This document shows positions 15,344 to 28,586 of a DNA stretch of 64,000 nt, in pieces. Position numbers and translations under genes: made by a program. Within the stretch, counting starts at the first letter, position 1, and each line of letters begins with the position of its first letter. The stretch is from the human T2T-CHM13v2.0 reference genome, Homo sapiens: assembly GCF_009914755.1 (NCBI RefSeq), contig NC_060936.1; one strand, written 5' to 3'. Below the pieces are notes generated by a model. The model was not told the DNA's origin and made no database searches. It was given only the letters and a program-made list of their open reading frames with translations.

Positions 15344-16100
15344 AAAAATTGCCATAAACTTTTTCTTTTCTTTGGCTTTTACCTGAATGTTCTCCTTTGC
15401 TTAGCCTCAGTTGGTAACCCTGAACCCCAGTAATGACCTTTACCCACTTCATGTGCATTCTAAGCTGACTTTTGATTCAGACTCATGCCACCCTAGACTC
15501 TACTTGTCAGTATAGGGAGTTTATCAAACTTTCTTGAAGGACTGAGTCCACAAAGAAACTAGGAAAAAAAATTCTCAGTTCTAAGAGCTGAGACTAGGTT
15601 TCCAAGACGATTACCAATTCCTTTCCACAAAGAATGCTGGTTTTCCTCAAAGATCAATGAGCAAATTTGATCACTGGCAGTAAGTTGATCTTTGGTATAG
15701 CATCTCTTGGGGTCTCCATAATTCTCAAAGAAAGATCTTTAAAAAGCAATACTTTATGTATCCATTCATGTATTTTTTAAATGGGTGGTTATAACAGGAA
15801 AGAGAAAGTGATTGCGGGTGAAATAAAGAGCTGTCAAATGGACAATGAATTTAAAGAATGATGCCAGGATCTCAGTGTAAGCTCTATTTTAAAATTTATA
15901 CATATAAATATCCAAATACCTATTTTATGGAGAATTGGGTCCTCCTCTGTCCTCTCCTGATCATGTAACTTGAGTGAGTAACTTGCAGGCTCTGCACCTA
16001 AGGCAGAACAATTTAGAGGGATTTCATGGATTCACAATAGGTCCAAAGTATATTGCTTTCCACTACGCTGGGTAATCATTCATTCATTCATTCAACTTAT

Positions 16101-16531
16101 ATAGATGCTGTTGATGCCTGGCCATATCCCCTTGTCGTTGCCACTTTAGTGCATGCCTGTGGGACTTCTAACTTTCAGAACCTGCATTTCTTTGCCTGAG
16201 CCCTTTCTCTGGCCCAAAAGTTGCTTGACTGCTCCATGGAGCAGGCTGAAAGCACTGAGAATTAGCATCCTCCCACCCTACCCCAGAAGCCCTCAATCAG
16301 TGAGTGATGGAACTGGTATGTAAATATCCACTGAATGGGATAACTCTGGAGTGTGTGTTAATATTGGTTCCCCAGTAAGAATGAGCTCCAGCGGCCCACT
16401 CTTTCCTGACTGCCTTCCCTTCTGTGCTCACTAACGCACTTTCCTACTGTGCTGTTATCTTTATCTCCAGAGTAAACTTCTTATACTTGAGCCATTGTTT
16501 TGGGTCTGCTTCTGTATACAACTAGGATACA
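16101..16531 (+). mobile_element. ERVL solo LTR (LTR16-like)
   Basis: Degenerate LTR16 motifs (agaagccctcaatcagtgagtgatgg…, gggtctgcttctg…taggataca), flanked by L2 3' end (cattcattcattcaac). Confidence 0.55.
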
Positions 16532-18220
16532 ACTGACCAGCATTTACTGAGCTTCTACTGTGAGTTCAGTATTTAGTTGGGGAGAAGTACATCTGAATGA
16601 ATAATTACCAAGTGATAATTACAATGATAGATATCCACACAGGGTTTTTCAGAGCATGCAGGAAGGAATTCACCTGGTTTTGTGGAGACTTTAGTGATAG
16701 AGGAGCTGGGCAGAGATGTGAGGTCAGATAATTGTGCAAAATCACTGTTGTCTTTACATCCAGCTGCAGAACCTTTAGACACTTCAAAGTCATTACGTCT
16801 CAACTGAACACACGATCACAACAAACTTTTCTTCTTGTGTATCATTTCCTGATTAATGGCATCTTCATTCACTTAGTTATTCAAGTTGGAAATATTTGCA
16901 TTATCTTTCTTATCAGCCACATCACAAAACTGAAATGTTTCTTATAAAAAAATTAACCCTACACAGCTCAGTGTCACCTCGATGATCACACTGGTCTCTT
17001 TTTCCAAGCATGACAAGTACATATTCTCCTAAGGGGATATAACATTTTTATGTCCCTTGCAACATGAGCAGCCCTCAGCAGTCATGTTCTGTGCCCTACA
17101 AACCCGTCCTACTGAGCCACAGATGATTATGCTGAGGATTGTCACCTTCCTCGTGGACAGCAACCCACAGACTGGCCAGCGACCTATTAGAAAGCATGGC
17201 ATGAAGAGATGGGATGGGCCCATTGGACTCTTTCTCTTGGAATTTCAAACAGTAAATACTGAGAGGATGAGGCAATAGAGTGGGAGTTAAAGCAGAAGAA
17301 TGCTGTGAGACAGAATCATGGCCCTGAGGAATGATGGGAAAGTGAAGTTCTAAGGGAGTAAAAATTTTGAGTTGGAAGAAAGTATGAGGGAGATACAGAA
17401 GACAGAGGAAGCCAGTGAATGAGGAGAAAGGTGAGAAGCAGGTGCAGAAACAGTGCCGATGAAATGCCAGTGGTGGAACTCCCAAGTGAAGGTGCTGGCA
17501 ACCTGGCTCCTCTGTGATTCCAGCTCTTCCTGGGGCTGGGTTTCCACACAAATACCCTGTGTGGATGTCTATCATTGTCATGATCACTTTCTAATTATCT
17601 ATTCACATGTGGTTCTCCCCAGCTGAATACTGAACTCACAGTAGAAGCTCAATACATAGATGTCCCTACAACCAATGAATATTTTGCATATTTATCCTGA
17701 CAACAAACCTATTATTTTTACAATTAACAACACTAATCGAGAAACTCCTAAATTTTCCCTGCCCCCTATCCTGTTTGTCTCCTACCAAATACCCCATTGC
17801 CATCTGAATGATCTACCTAAAATGCAAATTTAATCACCTAACTCCCCTGTACCTCCGCTCTGTACTCACAGGGCACCTAAATAGGTGCATTCTCTCCACC
17901 TTGGTGTCTTGTGCCTGCTCTCTTCTCTGCCTGGAATTCTTTCTCTCCCTTGACTGCTTTACCTGTGGTATTGTCTACCTATTAAACTGTATATCATTCT
18001 ACAAGATCTGATCTAGATCTTCATCTTGGAAGCCTTCTATGGCCTCCCAAGGAGAACTGAGCTCTTCTACCTTTGCGCCTTTACTGTGACAGGGGCTATT
18101 TAAGCAACTGTTTGTTTATATTACTTATACTTTTATCAGTATTTCTCAAAATATGATCCAAAGAACAATTACTTCAGAAATACCTGCCTATAAAAATGCA
18201 AAGTCTTCATCCTCATTTTA

Positions 18221-18340
18221 TTTTTACTATTTATTTATTTATTTATTTATTTATTTTTGAGACGGAGTTTGGCTGTTGTCATCCAGGCTGGAGTGCAATG
18301 GTGCGATCTTGGCTCACTGCAACCTCCGCCTCCCGTGTTC
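18221..18340 (-). mobile_element. Severely 5'-truncated AluS (last ~80 nt plus (TTTA)n tail)
   Basis: TSD tcctcatttta at 18210-18220 and 18345-18355. Confidence 0.8.
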
Positions 18341-18558
18341 CTTGTCCTCATTTTAAATAGGCATCCCTGGGACCTCTGGGGTTACTAAAGTTTGGAAACC
18401 ACCCCATTGAACTTTAAACTCCTCAAGGGCAGGCATCATCTATTACTCTTCCTTGTATTACCTCTATCTGGCACGTGGTAGGTAATGAACTGAAAAACAG
18501 TTCATTGCTTTTGAGCCACGGGTTAGCCTTCTGTAACTCCTGCTATGTGTAACCTTTT

Positions 18559-18822
18559 CAAACAAACAAACAAAAAAATTGAGACAGGGTCTCATTCTGT
18601 TACCCAGGCTGGAGTGCAGTGGCATAATCACAGCTAAAGTGATCTCCCCACAGCCTCCCGAGTAGCTGGGACTACAGGTACATATCACCATGCCCAGCTA
18701 ATTTTTGTATTTTTTGTAGAGATAGGGTTTTGCCATGTTGCCCAGGCTGGTCTCGAACTCCTTGGCTCAAGAGATCCACCTGCCTGGGCTGGGATTACAG
18801 GCATGAGCCACTGCTTCTGGCC
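18559..18822 (-). mobile_element. AluJ with internal deletions and inverted tail
   Basis: Antisense Alu body from about 18579; TSD gtgtaacctttt at 18547-18558 and 18827-18838. Confidence 0.85.
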
Positions 18823-20108
18823 TTAGGTGTAACCTTTTACGAATGCAGGAGCTCAGAATCCAGCCTTTTTCACCACCCTATCTACCCTACCCCAGATCCT
18901 AACCCAGGGCCCTGGCACATGATGGACACTTAATAAACACTTTTTCACTGAGAAAAAGATGAAAGAAAAGATGGTCTACAGAAGCTGAGTGCTGTGCAGC
19001 AGGGCAGAAATGCAGCCAAAGCATCAATAAGATTAGCACAAGGACTGTTCAGTTACTCAGGAGGAGATGCTAAGTAAGAGCAGGAGCTGGCAATGCTCTG
19101 CTGTTCCTTTGTAGAAATCCTTGATGTGGGCTGTGAAATGTCAAATCCAGATTTGATTAAGCGCAACTCCAAATCCCTAAGGCAAGTGTGTATCCACGGT
19201 CTTAATGTAATTATTGGAGCCACCTCCGTCTGCTACATACTTTCAAAAGGGCTGAACTAGCACCCCATCCATTGATACCGACTGCTACAAAATGAGGCCT
19301 GCAATTAATTCATCACGTCCCAGGCAGATAATGCCTAAGAAGCTTCATCTGGCTCCTTCCTGAAAATTGAAGCATTAAATTGAACAAACAAACAAAAAAT
19401 CCCTCTCATCTGCTGAAAATTCAGGAGGAAGGGCGGGTCCTAACAGCCACAGTGAAAATCAAAGTTTTGCTTCTTTTGTTGTCTGTTTTGGAACTTTCCA
19501 CTTCCTCCTTCAAATGATAACCTATCAACTTTCAGTTCAACTATATTTTAAATTTTTTAAGGCAGAAGCCAATAAACAACACGAACTGTTACAAGGGCAA
19601 CGGACTTCTAGTAGAATGAGTCAGTAGATACAAGTGGGGAACTTGGCTTCCTTTGCTTATACTCACTTGAGGTTTGGGCAAAAACATCAGGCCAAAACCT
19701 CGTCTGGATTCAGAGTAGGCACATTCAGGTCTATCAGATTAAACCCAAATGCCACAGCTTCACTGGAGCAGCCCAGATATTTCCCCACTGCATTCTCAGA
19801 GGGAAGAGGGATGAGGGCATCTGCTCCCAAGCTCAACCACAACCCAGAGCTCCACTTTGTTATGTGAAATTCAGAACACATTTGTTCCCGCTCTCTTTCT
19901 TTTTCTTTCAAAATTTTCTCCTGCCCTTTACTTAGGGTCTGGACGGAATCAAAATCCTGAGAGCCAAAGACACCAGGGGAAAGGCTGCTTTATTGTGAAA
20001 TCCAATCTCAGTGAAAGCAAGATGGATCAGCAATCTTTTGACCTCACCCAGTGGCAAAGTCTAAACTGATCCACATGGTTTAGAGAACTCGGAAAAGATC
20101 TGATGAGT

Positions 20109-20464
20109 TGTCACACCGCTAACACTTGAGTTTTGTTTGTCATCCTATATAGAAATGATTCCAGAGTTTTTTCAAATTTCTGGAGCTTCTTAAAGCAAGA
20201 CCAACAAGTGTCTGGGTGACCTTAGAACCAATCTATGTTTCTGGGACTCTTGAGATCAGCCCGGGCCAGATATTTAGAGGCTATAATGTCATACCACTAA
20301 CACTTGAGTTTTGTTTGTCATCCTATATAGAAATGATTCCAGAGTTTTTTCAAATTTCTGTAGTTTCTTAAAGCAAGACCAACGAGTTTCTGGGTGACCT
20401 TGGAACCAATCCATGTTTCTGGGATTCTTGAGGTCAGCCCAGGCCAGATATTTAGAGGCTATAA
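20109..20464. repeat. Tandem duplication, 2 x 178 bp
   Basis: Copies 20109-20286 and 20287-20464; 11 substitutions and no indels by manual alignment (about 94% identity). Confidence 0.92.
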
Positions 20465-20865
20465 TGGACACTATTGGATCAATCTGCACTAGACTCACCA
20501 CAGGAGATAGATCATTTCCAAACCAACGTCTAGCTTGGGGGAGGCGGGAAGTAAGTGGATTTTCACTATCTTTTGGTTCCCATTTCAAGAGCTAATCCCA
20601 GACATGGCAGTGACATTAAGGCTTGAATTCTTGCAAAAGCTGCCACTAGAAGGACTGGCTTAAATATCATAGCAGTTTTTATGCACAAATTATATTAGAC
20701 GTAGATCGTACCTTTCAGGAACTTCCTTGCCTAAAAGCACCCATTGCCTCATTCTCTCTAGACCTACATATGAAATCTAAACTCACATAAATCCCTTCCA
20801 GCTTGCCCTCATCTCCCCTTTAATCTTCTCCCTATCCTTGCCATGCATTCTACCCTCTGGCCCGA

Positions 20866-21044
20866 GGACTGACAATTTTTTTTCTGCAAAGAGAGAGCCA
20901 AATAGTAAATATTTTGGGCCTCTAGCTCATGTAGTCTCTGTCATACCTACTCAACTCTGCTGTTGTAGACAAAAGCAGTCATAGACAATATATGCACAAA
21001 TGAGCATGGCTATGTTTCAATAAAACTTTATTTACAAAAACAGT
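20866..21044 (+). mobile_element. MER58A hAT-Charlie fossil
   Basis: atagtaaatattttgggc...ctactcaactctgctgttgtag...caataaaactttatttacaaaaacag. Confidence 0.75.
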
Positions 21045-21445
21045 GGCTGGGCATAGTGGCTCATGCCTGTAATCTTAGCACTTTGGGAGGCCATAGTGGG
21101 TAGATCACTTGAGCCCAGGAGTTGGTGACTAACCTGGGCAACATGCAGAAACTCTGTCTCTACTAAAAATATTAAAGGTAGTGGCAAAAACCGCAACTGC
21201 TTTTGCACCAACCTAATAGAAAAATTAGCTGGGCATGGTGGTGTGTGCCTGTGGTCCCAGCTAGTTGAAGAGCTGAGGTAGGAGGATGGCTTGAGCCTGG
21301 GAGTTGGAGATTGCAGTGAGCTGAGATCACGAGACTGCGCTCCAGCCTGGGAGATAGAAAGAGACCCTGTTTCAAAAAAAGAAGAGGAAGAAGGAGGAGG
21401 AGGAGGAGGGGGAGGAAGAGGAGAAGGAGGAGGAGGGGAAGAAAA
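21045..21445 (+). mobile_element. AluJ with (GGA)n tail, interrupted in its linker
   Basis: Alu left arm to 21171, right arm from 21219, purine microsatellite tail about 21380-21445. Confidence 0.85.
21172..21216. mobile_element. One-ended MADE1 / Hsmar1 terminal inverted repeat
   Basis: tggcaaaaaccgcaactgcttttgcaccaacctaa matches the Hsmar1/MADE1 TIR; TA on both sides (21170-21171, 21217-21218). Confidence 0.85.
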
Positions 21446-21469
21446 AAGGCACAGTAAAGAGAAAGAGGT

Positions 21470-22600
21470 GTTATTTTAGAGTGCTTAGGAAAGGCCACTT
21501 TGATGAGGCCATATGGGAGCAAAGATAAACATAAAGCATGAGTTCAAGCTATGTGGATATGACAGGTAGGGAAAATATTCTAGGCAGAGAGAAAAGCAAG
21601 CGCACATGTTTGGTATATTGGAAGAAGAGAAAGGAGGCCAGTTGGGTTGGAGTCCAGGGAATGAATGGAAGTTGAGACCAAAGAGGTAGATGTGGTAAAA
21701 TTTTGTATGTCCTTTCAGGCCGTGTAAAAGAATTTGATTTTTATTCTTAATGAGACTGGAAACCATTGAAAGAAGAGTGATATGATCTACCTTCTTGGTT
21801 ACTGGGATGACCCTAGCAGCCATGTGAAATAGACTTTAGGAAGGTAGGAGTAAAAGCAGAGAGACCTAATAAGAGGCTATTGTACTAATCCACATGACAA
21901 ATGATGTCCAGGGTGATCAGAGCAGAGGGGCTAAGAGTTGTCAGATTCTGAATATATATTGAAGGCAGAGATGAAAAGTAGAGTGTGAAGGAAGTATGGA
22001 GCCAAGGAGGAGCCAAAATTTTTTACCTGATTAAGTAGGAAAATGTAGTTTTCCTTTATTGAGATGGTGAAGACTATAGAAGAAACAGATGAGTGGAAGT
22101 AATGAAGATTTTTTTTTTAATGATGTTATGTTGGACCTCTCAGTGGAAATGTTAAGTAGGTAGTTAAGTAAGTGCTTTGGAGTTCAGTAGCAATGTCATG
22201 GGTAGAGGTAAATAGTTGGGAGTTACCTGAAATAGATGGTACTTAAAGACACGAAATGAGGTTGGAGAATCACTTGGGAGAAGTGAGAAAAGAAGAGATC
22301 AGGGACTGAGCTCTGGGGCACTCAAATGTTTTGAGAGTGGGAAGATGAAGAGCTAACAACAACAGCAACAAACTTATAAAGAGTGACTAGTGAGATAGAA
22401 AGTGAAGTGAGAGTGACCTCTCAGGGGCTAAGTGAAGAAAGTGTCTCAAGAAGGAGGAAATGAACAACTTTGGGAAGTATTGCTAACATATTGAGCAAGG
22501 TAAGGACAGAGACATGACCCAGACTGAGCAGCATGGGAGCCACTGTTGACTTTGACAAGAACAGTTTGAGGAGGGGTAAAGATAAAAGCCTGTGTAGACT
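21470..22600 (-). mobile_element. L2 LINE fragment
   Basis: Purine-rich antisense L2 3' region (gaaaatattctaggcagag..., gattctgaatatatattgaaggcagag, ttgactttgacaagaacagttt). Confidence 0.7.
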
Positions 22601-25284
22601 GTATATAACAGAGAATGCGAAGGGCCTAAATGGTATCTTCGGTCTGGGATCTCAAAATACTTTATACTCTATGATAACATTTTTCATAATGAGAATTATT
22701 GACTTACATAGTGATCTTAAGAGCAATTTAAATGTTGAATCATTTATAAAATTGTTAATCATCTTTTACTTGTTTTTATTTTATTTTTGTTTTTCACATT
22801 CTACAACACAACACTAGGCACATAGTACATACTCATTAAATGTTTGTTAAATGAATATGAAATTGTAATTTAAGAAGGAAAGATTTCATATAAATGAATA
22901 TGAATGCCATTTTGACTGCAAAAAGTGACACTTAAAAGCAGAAGTTTAAAAGGGTGGAATGAGTACTATGTGCTATATAGCATTGTGACACTATGGATAT
23001 TTGGTTATACCCTGATCATGTTACTCCTCTTTCAGTTCTTTAAATTATACATATATCATCCTGTATAGTATATAGTGAGATCACTCAGGGGAACTAGTCC
23101 AATTTTACTAAAAACGATAGTGAGGCTCTGGAGGAGATAGGAAATTTGCCCTCATTCTGTAGATTGCGTATACTTGGTAAAAGAGTCCACAAAATTTGTA
23201 TCACTGCTTTCTTTTGAGGTTCCAATGTTACTAATTCACCATAATTGTAAGAAAACTCCAAAAATGTTCACTTCCTTATCTTTTAGTTAAAGATCCACTC
23301 AAAAAAGTGAGAATTACTACAATGAGTTACTTTGGGATCTGAATAACATTGGATTGATTAATTCTCTCTGTTGCAATGATTATTTGAGCATTCAGTCCTT
23401 AGAGTTATGACTATTAAAGCACAGAAGCACAAATTATTACATGATGATTAAAGTGTCTTTGTGGATATACTGCTCAATAAAATTAACACTGAGATCTGAA
23501 ACACCATGTTCAAAAGTCAAATGATTTTTCCAAGCGGAAAAGGGAGCCTCATTTTGGCAGATAAAAATTGCGATACTTCTATCTCTGAGTAAGGATTAGT
23601 GTAGTCAGTTATTGAAAATTAGTGATCTGACTATATTGTATTTATTTAATATAGGAAGAAGTCTTTATAAATGTTGGGTGAGTCATTTCATAAGACTAAA
23701 GCCAAGCAAAATTAGAGCCCTCCTGGTTGAAGGTATTTTTATTGCAATGAGAAGGTTTCTTTCTGAGTATTAGACATACAAGTGTGGTCTAACTTTGGCA
23801 TGGAAAGTAAGTCATGAATTCTAAGGCAGAGACTCTTAATTTCTTGAATATGTAATGCCATAGACATATTTAGACACATTTACTATAAGATGCCAAAAAC
23901 ATACGCAATCAAGGAAATTAAGTAGAGGCAACTGAATATTTTTTTCCTTTACATTCCACTTGTCAATGATCTCAAGGACCAAATACCTGTTCTTTATACA
24001 AAGGGCATATACAAAGGTTTTACAGAAAAATAACCTTATAGAAAAACTCTTATGAGTTACTCTTTAGTCTCTAGTGAGTTTCCTGTTTTGTAGGTCATAA
24101 ATTTAATAGGCTGTAATGCTATTCAAACAACACAGATACTTAACATACCATGAAAAGCCCATAAGCTATGGCAAATTATGAAAATATCTCAATGCTGTGG
24201 TCACAAAAGTGAACAATCTTCTTGACAGGAACTTCAAAGGTAAAATGAAATTACATTTCCCACTTATTTCTGAGGCATTGACCGGTAACCTTAGTCTCCT
24301 GTGATTTCACCCATGCTGCTTCTAGAGATGATGTTCTATCCAGCCAGTCAACAATTCTCAAGCGGAGTGGCTCTAGAAACTCAGCTCTTGAAAACATCAC
24401 GGAGCTTTATCAGTGATAAGGCCAAGAGGTTGCAACTACTATTATCTTTGGACACACAAAAGAATCACCTGGTCCAGGTCAGAGAGCACTTTTCTGGTGT
24501 TCTTGGTGTCAGTATAATGTGCCATTTAATTAGGAGTCTGGTTTAAAGAGCGCACCTAGCAAAAAAGCAATCAAATGGCAAGCACACATTATCATGATTA
24601 ATTTTGATAAATACAAATAACAGAGATTTTTCATTGTCATCTAATAATTATAATGATATATTCATTTTCATTTTAGAATTTGAAAAATACACAAAAAGAT
24701 ATAGAGAATACAATATGACAGTCAGCACTCAGCAGGAGGTTGTACAAACATGAATGAAGGAAGCTTCTGTTCTGTCTTTATATTTCTTATTTTTATACTT
24801 TTTAAGGGAAAGGGAAAGTTTAAGAAATTTTATTTGTTAGAATCTAGCATTTTATACTTTCTCTACTAAAAGTAACAAGTCAATTATCTTCTCTAAAGAA
24901 ATTATGACCACCAGTTGATAAAGGGGATCAGATGTTCACTCAGTGAATTTTTAGTGATTACAGACAGGCACTGTTTGCATCAAATTCAACAATTGGCTTT
25001 TAAATATGGCATTTCCTGTAATCACTCTTGAAAACAGGGTAACAAGATAGCATGCATTCTGTATTAAATGGTTTCTCTGCAAACCAGGGTGTTCTCTGCC
25101 CTGCCTTGCCCCAGGTTTGAACAGTTCTGAACAGCCACCCTTCCTTTCTCCCCACCATTGTTCACATTCTATGCATAAATAAGAAATGCTCTCATTTCTC
25201 TCTTTCCTTGTTCTTTTGTTTCATCCTTCCAGTCTTCCTTTCCTCCTTCAAATATTTTCAAACTGGTAGTATGTTTTTTGAAAG

Positions 25285-25520
25285 GCAGTTTAGTATAGTG
25301 GTCAGTATAAAGGCTTGGAGCTAAAGAGCACTGGGTTTCAGTCTCAGGTCTGAGACTTGCTAATGGTGCTCCCTTGGGCAAGTCATTATACTTAACTCCA
25401 AGCATCAGATTTTTCACATGTTAAATGGTGATATCCATAATTACTTCCATGGTTATTGTGGAGACTAGGATAATAAAATTAAGAGACTGACCGGAGTACA
25501 GCATGAGTCATAGATACTAT
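25285..25520 (+). mobile_element. MIR SINE
   Basis: ccttgggcaagtcattatacttaactccaagcatcagatttttcacatgttaaatgg. Confidence 0.6.
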
Positions 25521-27593
25521 TATTGAAAAAAATTGACTTTGTAAAAAAACATAGGAAACGTTAAAATTATTTCATAGAAATAATATTTGTAAGGACATAA
25601 TGGAGCCACTAACACACTGCAAAATGAGCTCAAGACTTTAATAGAATGGAATACAGACCTTTGACACCCAACTCCAGGCAAACCTCATTTAGCACGGACA
25701 CCCAGAAAAGACTGAGATAGAAAAAATATATATATATATAAACAGCTGCTAAGCTGGCATTTAAAAATTGTATATTTCTGCTCTTCATTTGATCCAAGAG
25801 CATATATTGGAGAGAATATTTGGCCTAACAAGCTGAGAATGGGTGGTATGGGTCAATTAAGGTTATAAAATAACACAAAGAGTAAATCCTTATCAGAGCT
25901 TTCTGCTTTACAATAGATGAAAAAGCGAAGGGAGATTTAATCAGCTTACATGGGCCTGGGTGTCTCTTCCTTACTCTTACAAGAAGGAATCTTGCTTTAT
26001 TCTGGCTATTTCCTGAAGAGAGCCCTTCTCCCTCCCTCAAGTATTCAGGCTAATTACAATTGGAGAGGGAGTTTCCAGGCTGAATAAGAAATCAAAAGGG
26101 AAGGGAAGGGGGGCGGCAGTGGTGTGGATTTCAGAGAAAAAAATAACTTAAGAAAAAGTATGTTCTCAGAGGGGGGAAAATTAGAGAATTAGGTCACTGA
26201 TTTGGAGCCAGGAAAAATCCACATAAGTGGAAATTGGAGCAATGAAAGTATTTCATATTAACACATGCAAAGGCTGAATGTGCCCAGCCCAGGGGATGTT
26301 CTTCTCCTTCCTGGACAGTGGCTAGAGGCTGAAAGACCTCTAGGCTTTTCTATGTCTTATTCATTCGCTAATCAGCACCATTCAGCCAACAGCACACGTG
26401 GTCATATATGCAGTGCTCTGGAAAACTAGAGGTCCACATAGCAATGGTTATAATCAAAACCACTGGAGACGCTCATTTCAGCTTCTAGAATATCAAGCTT
26501 CAAAGGCAGACATGCCTGCAATGAAAACCAGCACTTTCTTTTGCTTTCTCTCTTTTCCCTTTTTTTCTTTTCTTTTTTAAGTTCTGTTAAGTCTAGAGTT
26601 TTAGATTCAAGTATTTGACAATTATACCTCAACAGAGACAGAATACATTTTGCCTCACGCAAAGATACAAATGGTTAAAAGGGCAGGCAAAGTGTCATAT
26701 GTCAGCAGACACTAGTTGAGGTTAAACTCTGCTGATGTGACTAGAATATTGACATCTCAGTTAAAGTCAATATCTGGAAATTGGTGATGTGGCTTGGAAT
26801 ACATATCTCCTTAATGACTTTCCAGTAAAATATGAAAATACCAAATAGTACTCCACATATCTGAGAATCGTAAACTCCTTTCCCTCATGCTTTCACCAAA
26901 AACTGTCAAACCTTATTGTTATCCAAATTTTAGTTGAAAATGGAATGAAGCACAAAATACAATCCTAAAAATCTTGCCCCCCACCAAGAAAAGCTGTACT
27001 TTCCCCTGGGCTGGGCACGTTCAGCCTTTGCATGTGTTAATATGAAATACTTTCATTGCTCCAATTTCCACTTTTGTGGGTTTTTCCTGGCTCCAAATTC
27101 CTTTAAGGCTAATTAGGTTGCAACTGAGGAATTACTGGGCCTAAATTTGGGGGTGAAGTCCTATTATATTGCTCAGGAAGAACAAGAGGAGTGCTCTTTT
27201 ATTTGCCTGTTTATTCATTTGTCTCTGATTGCTGTGTTCTTCTTTACTTACCTTTCTGCAGCTTGCCCAACTTAATATGCATGTTGTAGTTGACTGGTAA
27301 GGGGCAATTTTCATTTTCTTTTGTTTATCTCACTAATCTGGGATATTAATGCCTTGCTAAAGTCTTATTACTCTGTTTTAGCTCAGTTTGACTTTCTAAC
27401 TTGGTGTATAGCACTTATGATTCTGGCTAGATCAGTGATTTTGAACCCTAGTTCTATGTGACAATTTAAGGAAGAACTTTTGAAATACACCAATCCCTGG
27501 GCCCTGACCAATCAAGTAATATTATGTGGACCAGGGGTCTGGGAGCTAACCAGTACCCTTTAATACAAAAACGGCAAAACTCTGTCCCATCTG

Positions 27594-28120
27594 CTGTGTT
27601 AGATGTTTATTGCTGTGTAACAAACTGTCCCAATACTAATGGCTTAAAACAATGATGATTTACTATTTTCCATCATTCTGCGAGTCAGGGATTTGGGCAG
27701 GGCCTTAGCTGGCTGGTTCCATATGATGTCACCTAGAGTCATTCAGCTGCATTCAACAGTAACTGGATTGGGCCTGAAGGTCCAATAAGGCTTCACTCAC
27801 TTGACTGGCACCTCAGTGATCTTCCACCTCCACTCTACGTGACTATGCTAGGCTTCCTTACAGTATGGTGATCTCAGGTTGGAAAGACATTTTAGATGAT
27901 AGCTGGCTTCCAAAAGAAAGGACGCAAAAACTGCTGGCCCCTTCCAAGGCATAGCTTGAGAAAATCCTAAATCATTTCTTCCAATTTCTATTTGTCAAAG
28001 CAAGACCTGAGGCTAGGCCAGAAGAGGGGAAATCAACTCTTCCTCTTGAAATGAGGAGTAGCATGCACATACAAGGTCTGAGGAACTGCTGGTCACCACA
28101 CTTTAAAGACTATAGAATAC
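27594..28120 (-). mobile_element. MaLR LTR (MLT1G/H-like)
   Basis: Antisense MLT1 3' end tattgctgtgtaacaaact…ggcttaaaacaa. Confidence 0.65.
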
Positions 28121-28225
28121 ATGCCACCAGTTCCTGATCTCAAAGCCATGGCAGACATTTCTAACCCAACATGGTGGTTTCCCCTGTTGGTCCTGGGTAT
28201 AGTTTGAGTTATTCTCAATACTACA

Positions 28226-28586
28226 TGACATGGTTTGGCTGTGTCCCCACCCAAATCTCATCTTGAATTATAGCTCCCATAATCCCCACGTCTTGGAAAG
28301 GACCTGGTGGGAGGTTATTGAATCATGGGGGTGAGTTTTTCCCATGCTATTCTTGTGATAGTGAATACATCTCATGAGATCCGATGGTTTTATAAAAGGC
28401 AGTTCCCCTACACACTCTCTCTTGTTTGCCACATGTAAGACATGCCTTTGCTCCTCCTTTGCCTTCTGCCATGTTGTGAGGCCTCCCCAGCCATGTGGAA
28501 CTGTGGGTTCATTAAACATCTTTTTCTTTATAACTTACTCAGTCTTGGATAAGTCTTTATTAGTAGCATGAGAACAGACTAATACA
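28226..28586 (+). mobile_element. THE1B-like solo LTR
   Basis: tgacatggtttggctgtgtccccacccaaatctcatcttgaa…gaacagactaataca; TSD ctaca/ctgca. Confidence 0.9.

Noticed and set aside
17040-17570. 163-aa minus ORF / possible ancient LTR
   Set aside because: Composition looks like antisense of purine-rich degenerate repeat sequence; could not be assigned with confidence.
20109-20464. CRISPR-like or alpha-satellite array
   Set aside because: Only two contiguous copies, no spacers, no alphoid similarity; eukaryotic context.
28315-28325. DUX4 site in the THE1 LTR
   Set aside because: Reads ttattgaatca, mismatched from TAATTGAATCA in the first half-site; not supportable as functional.
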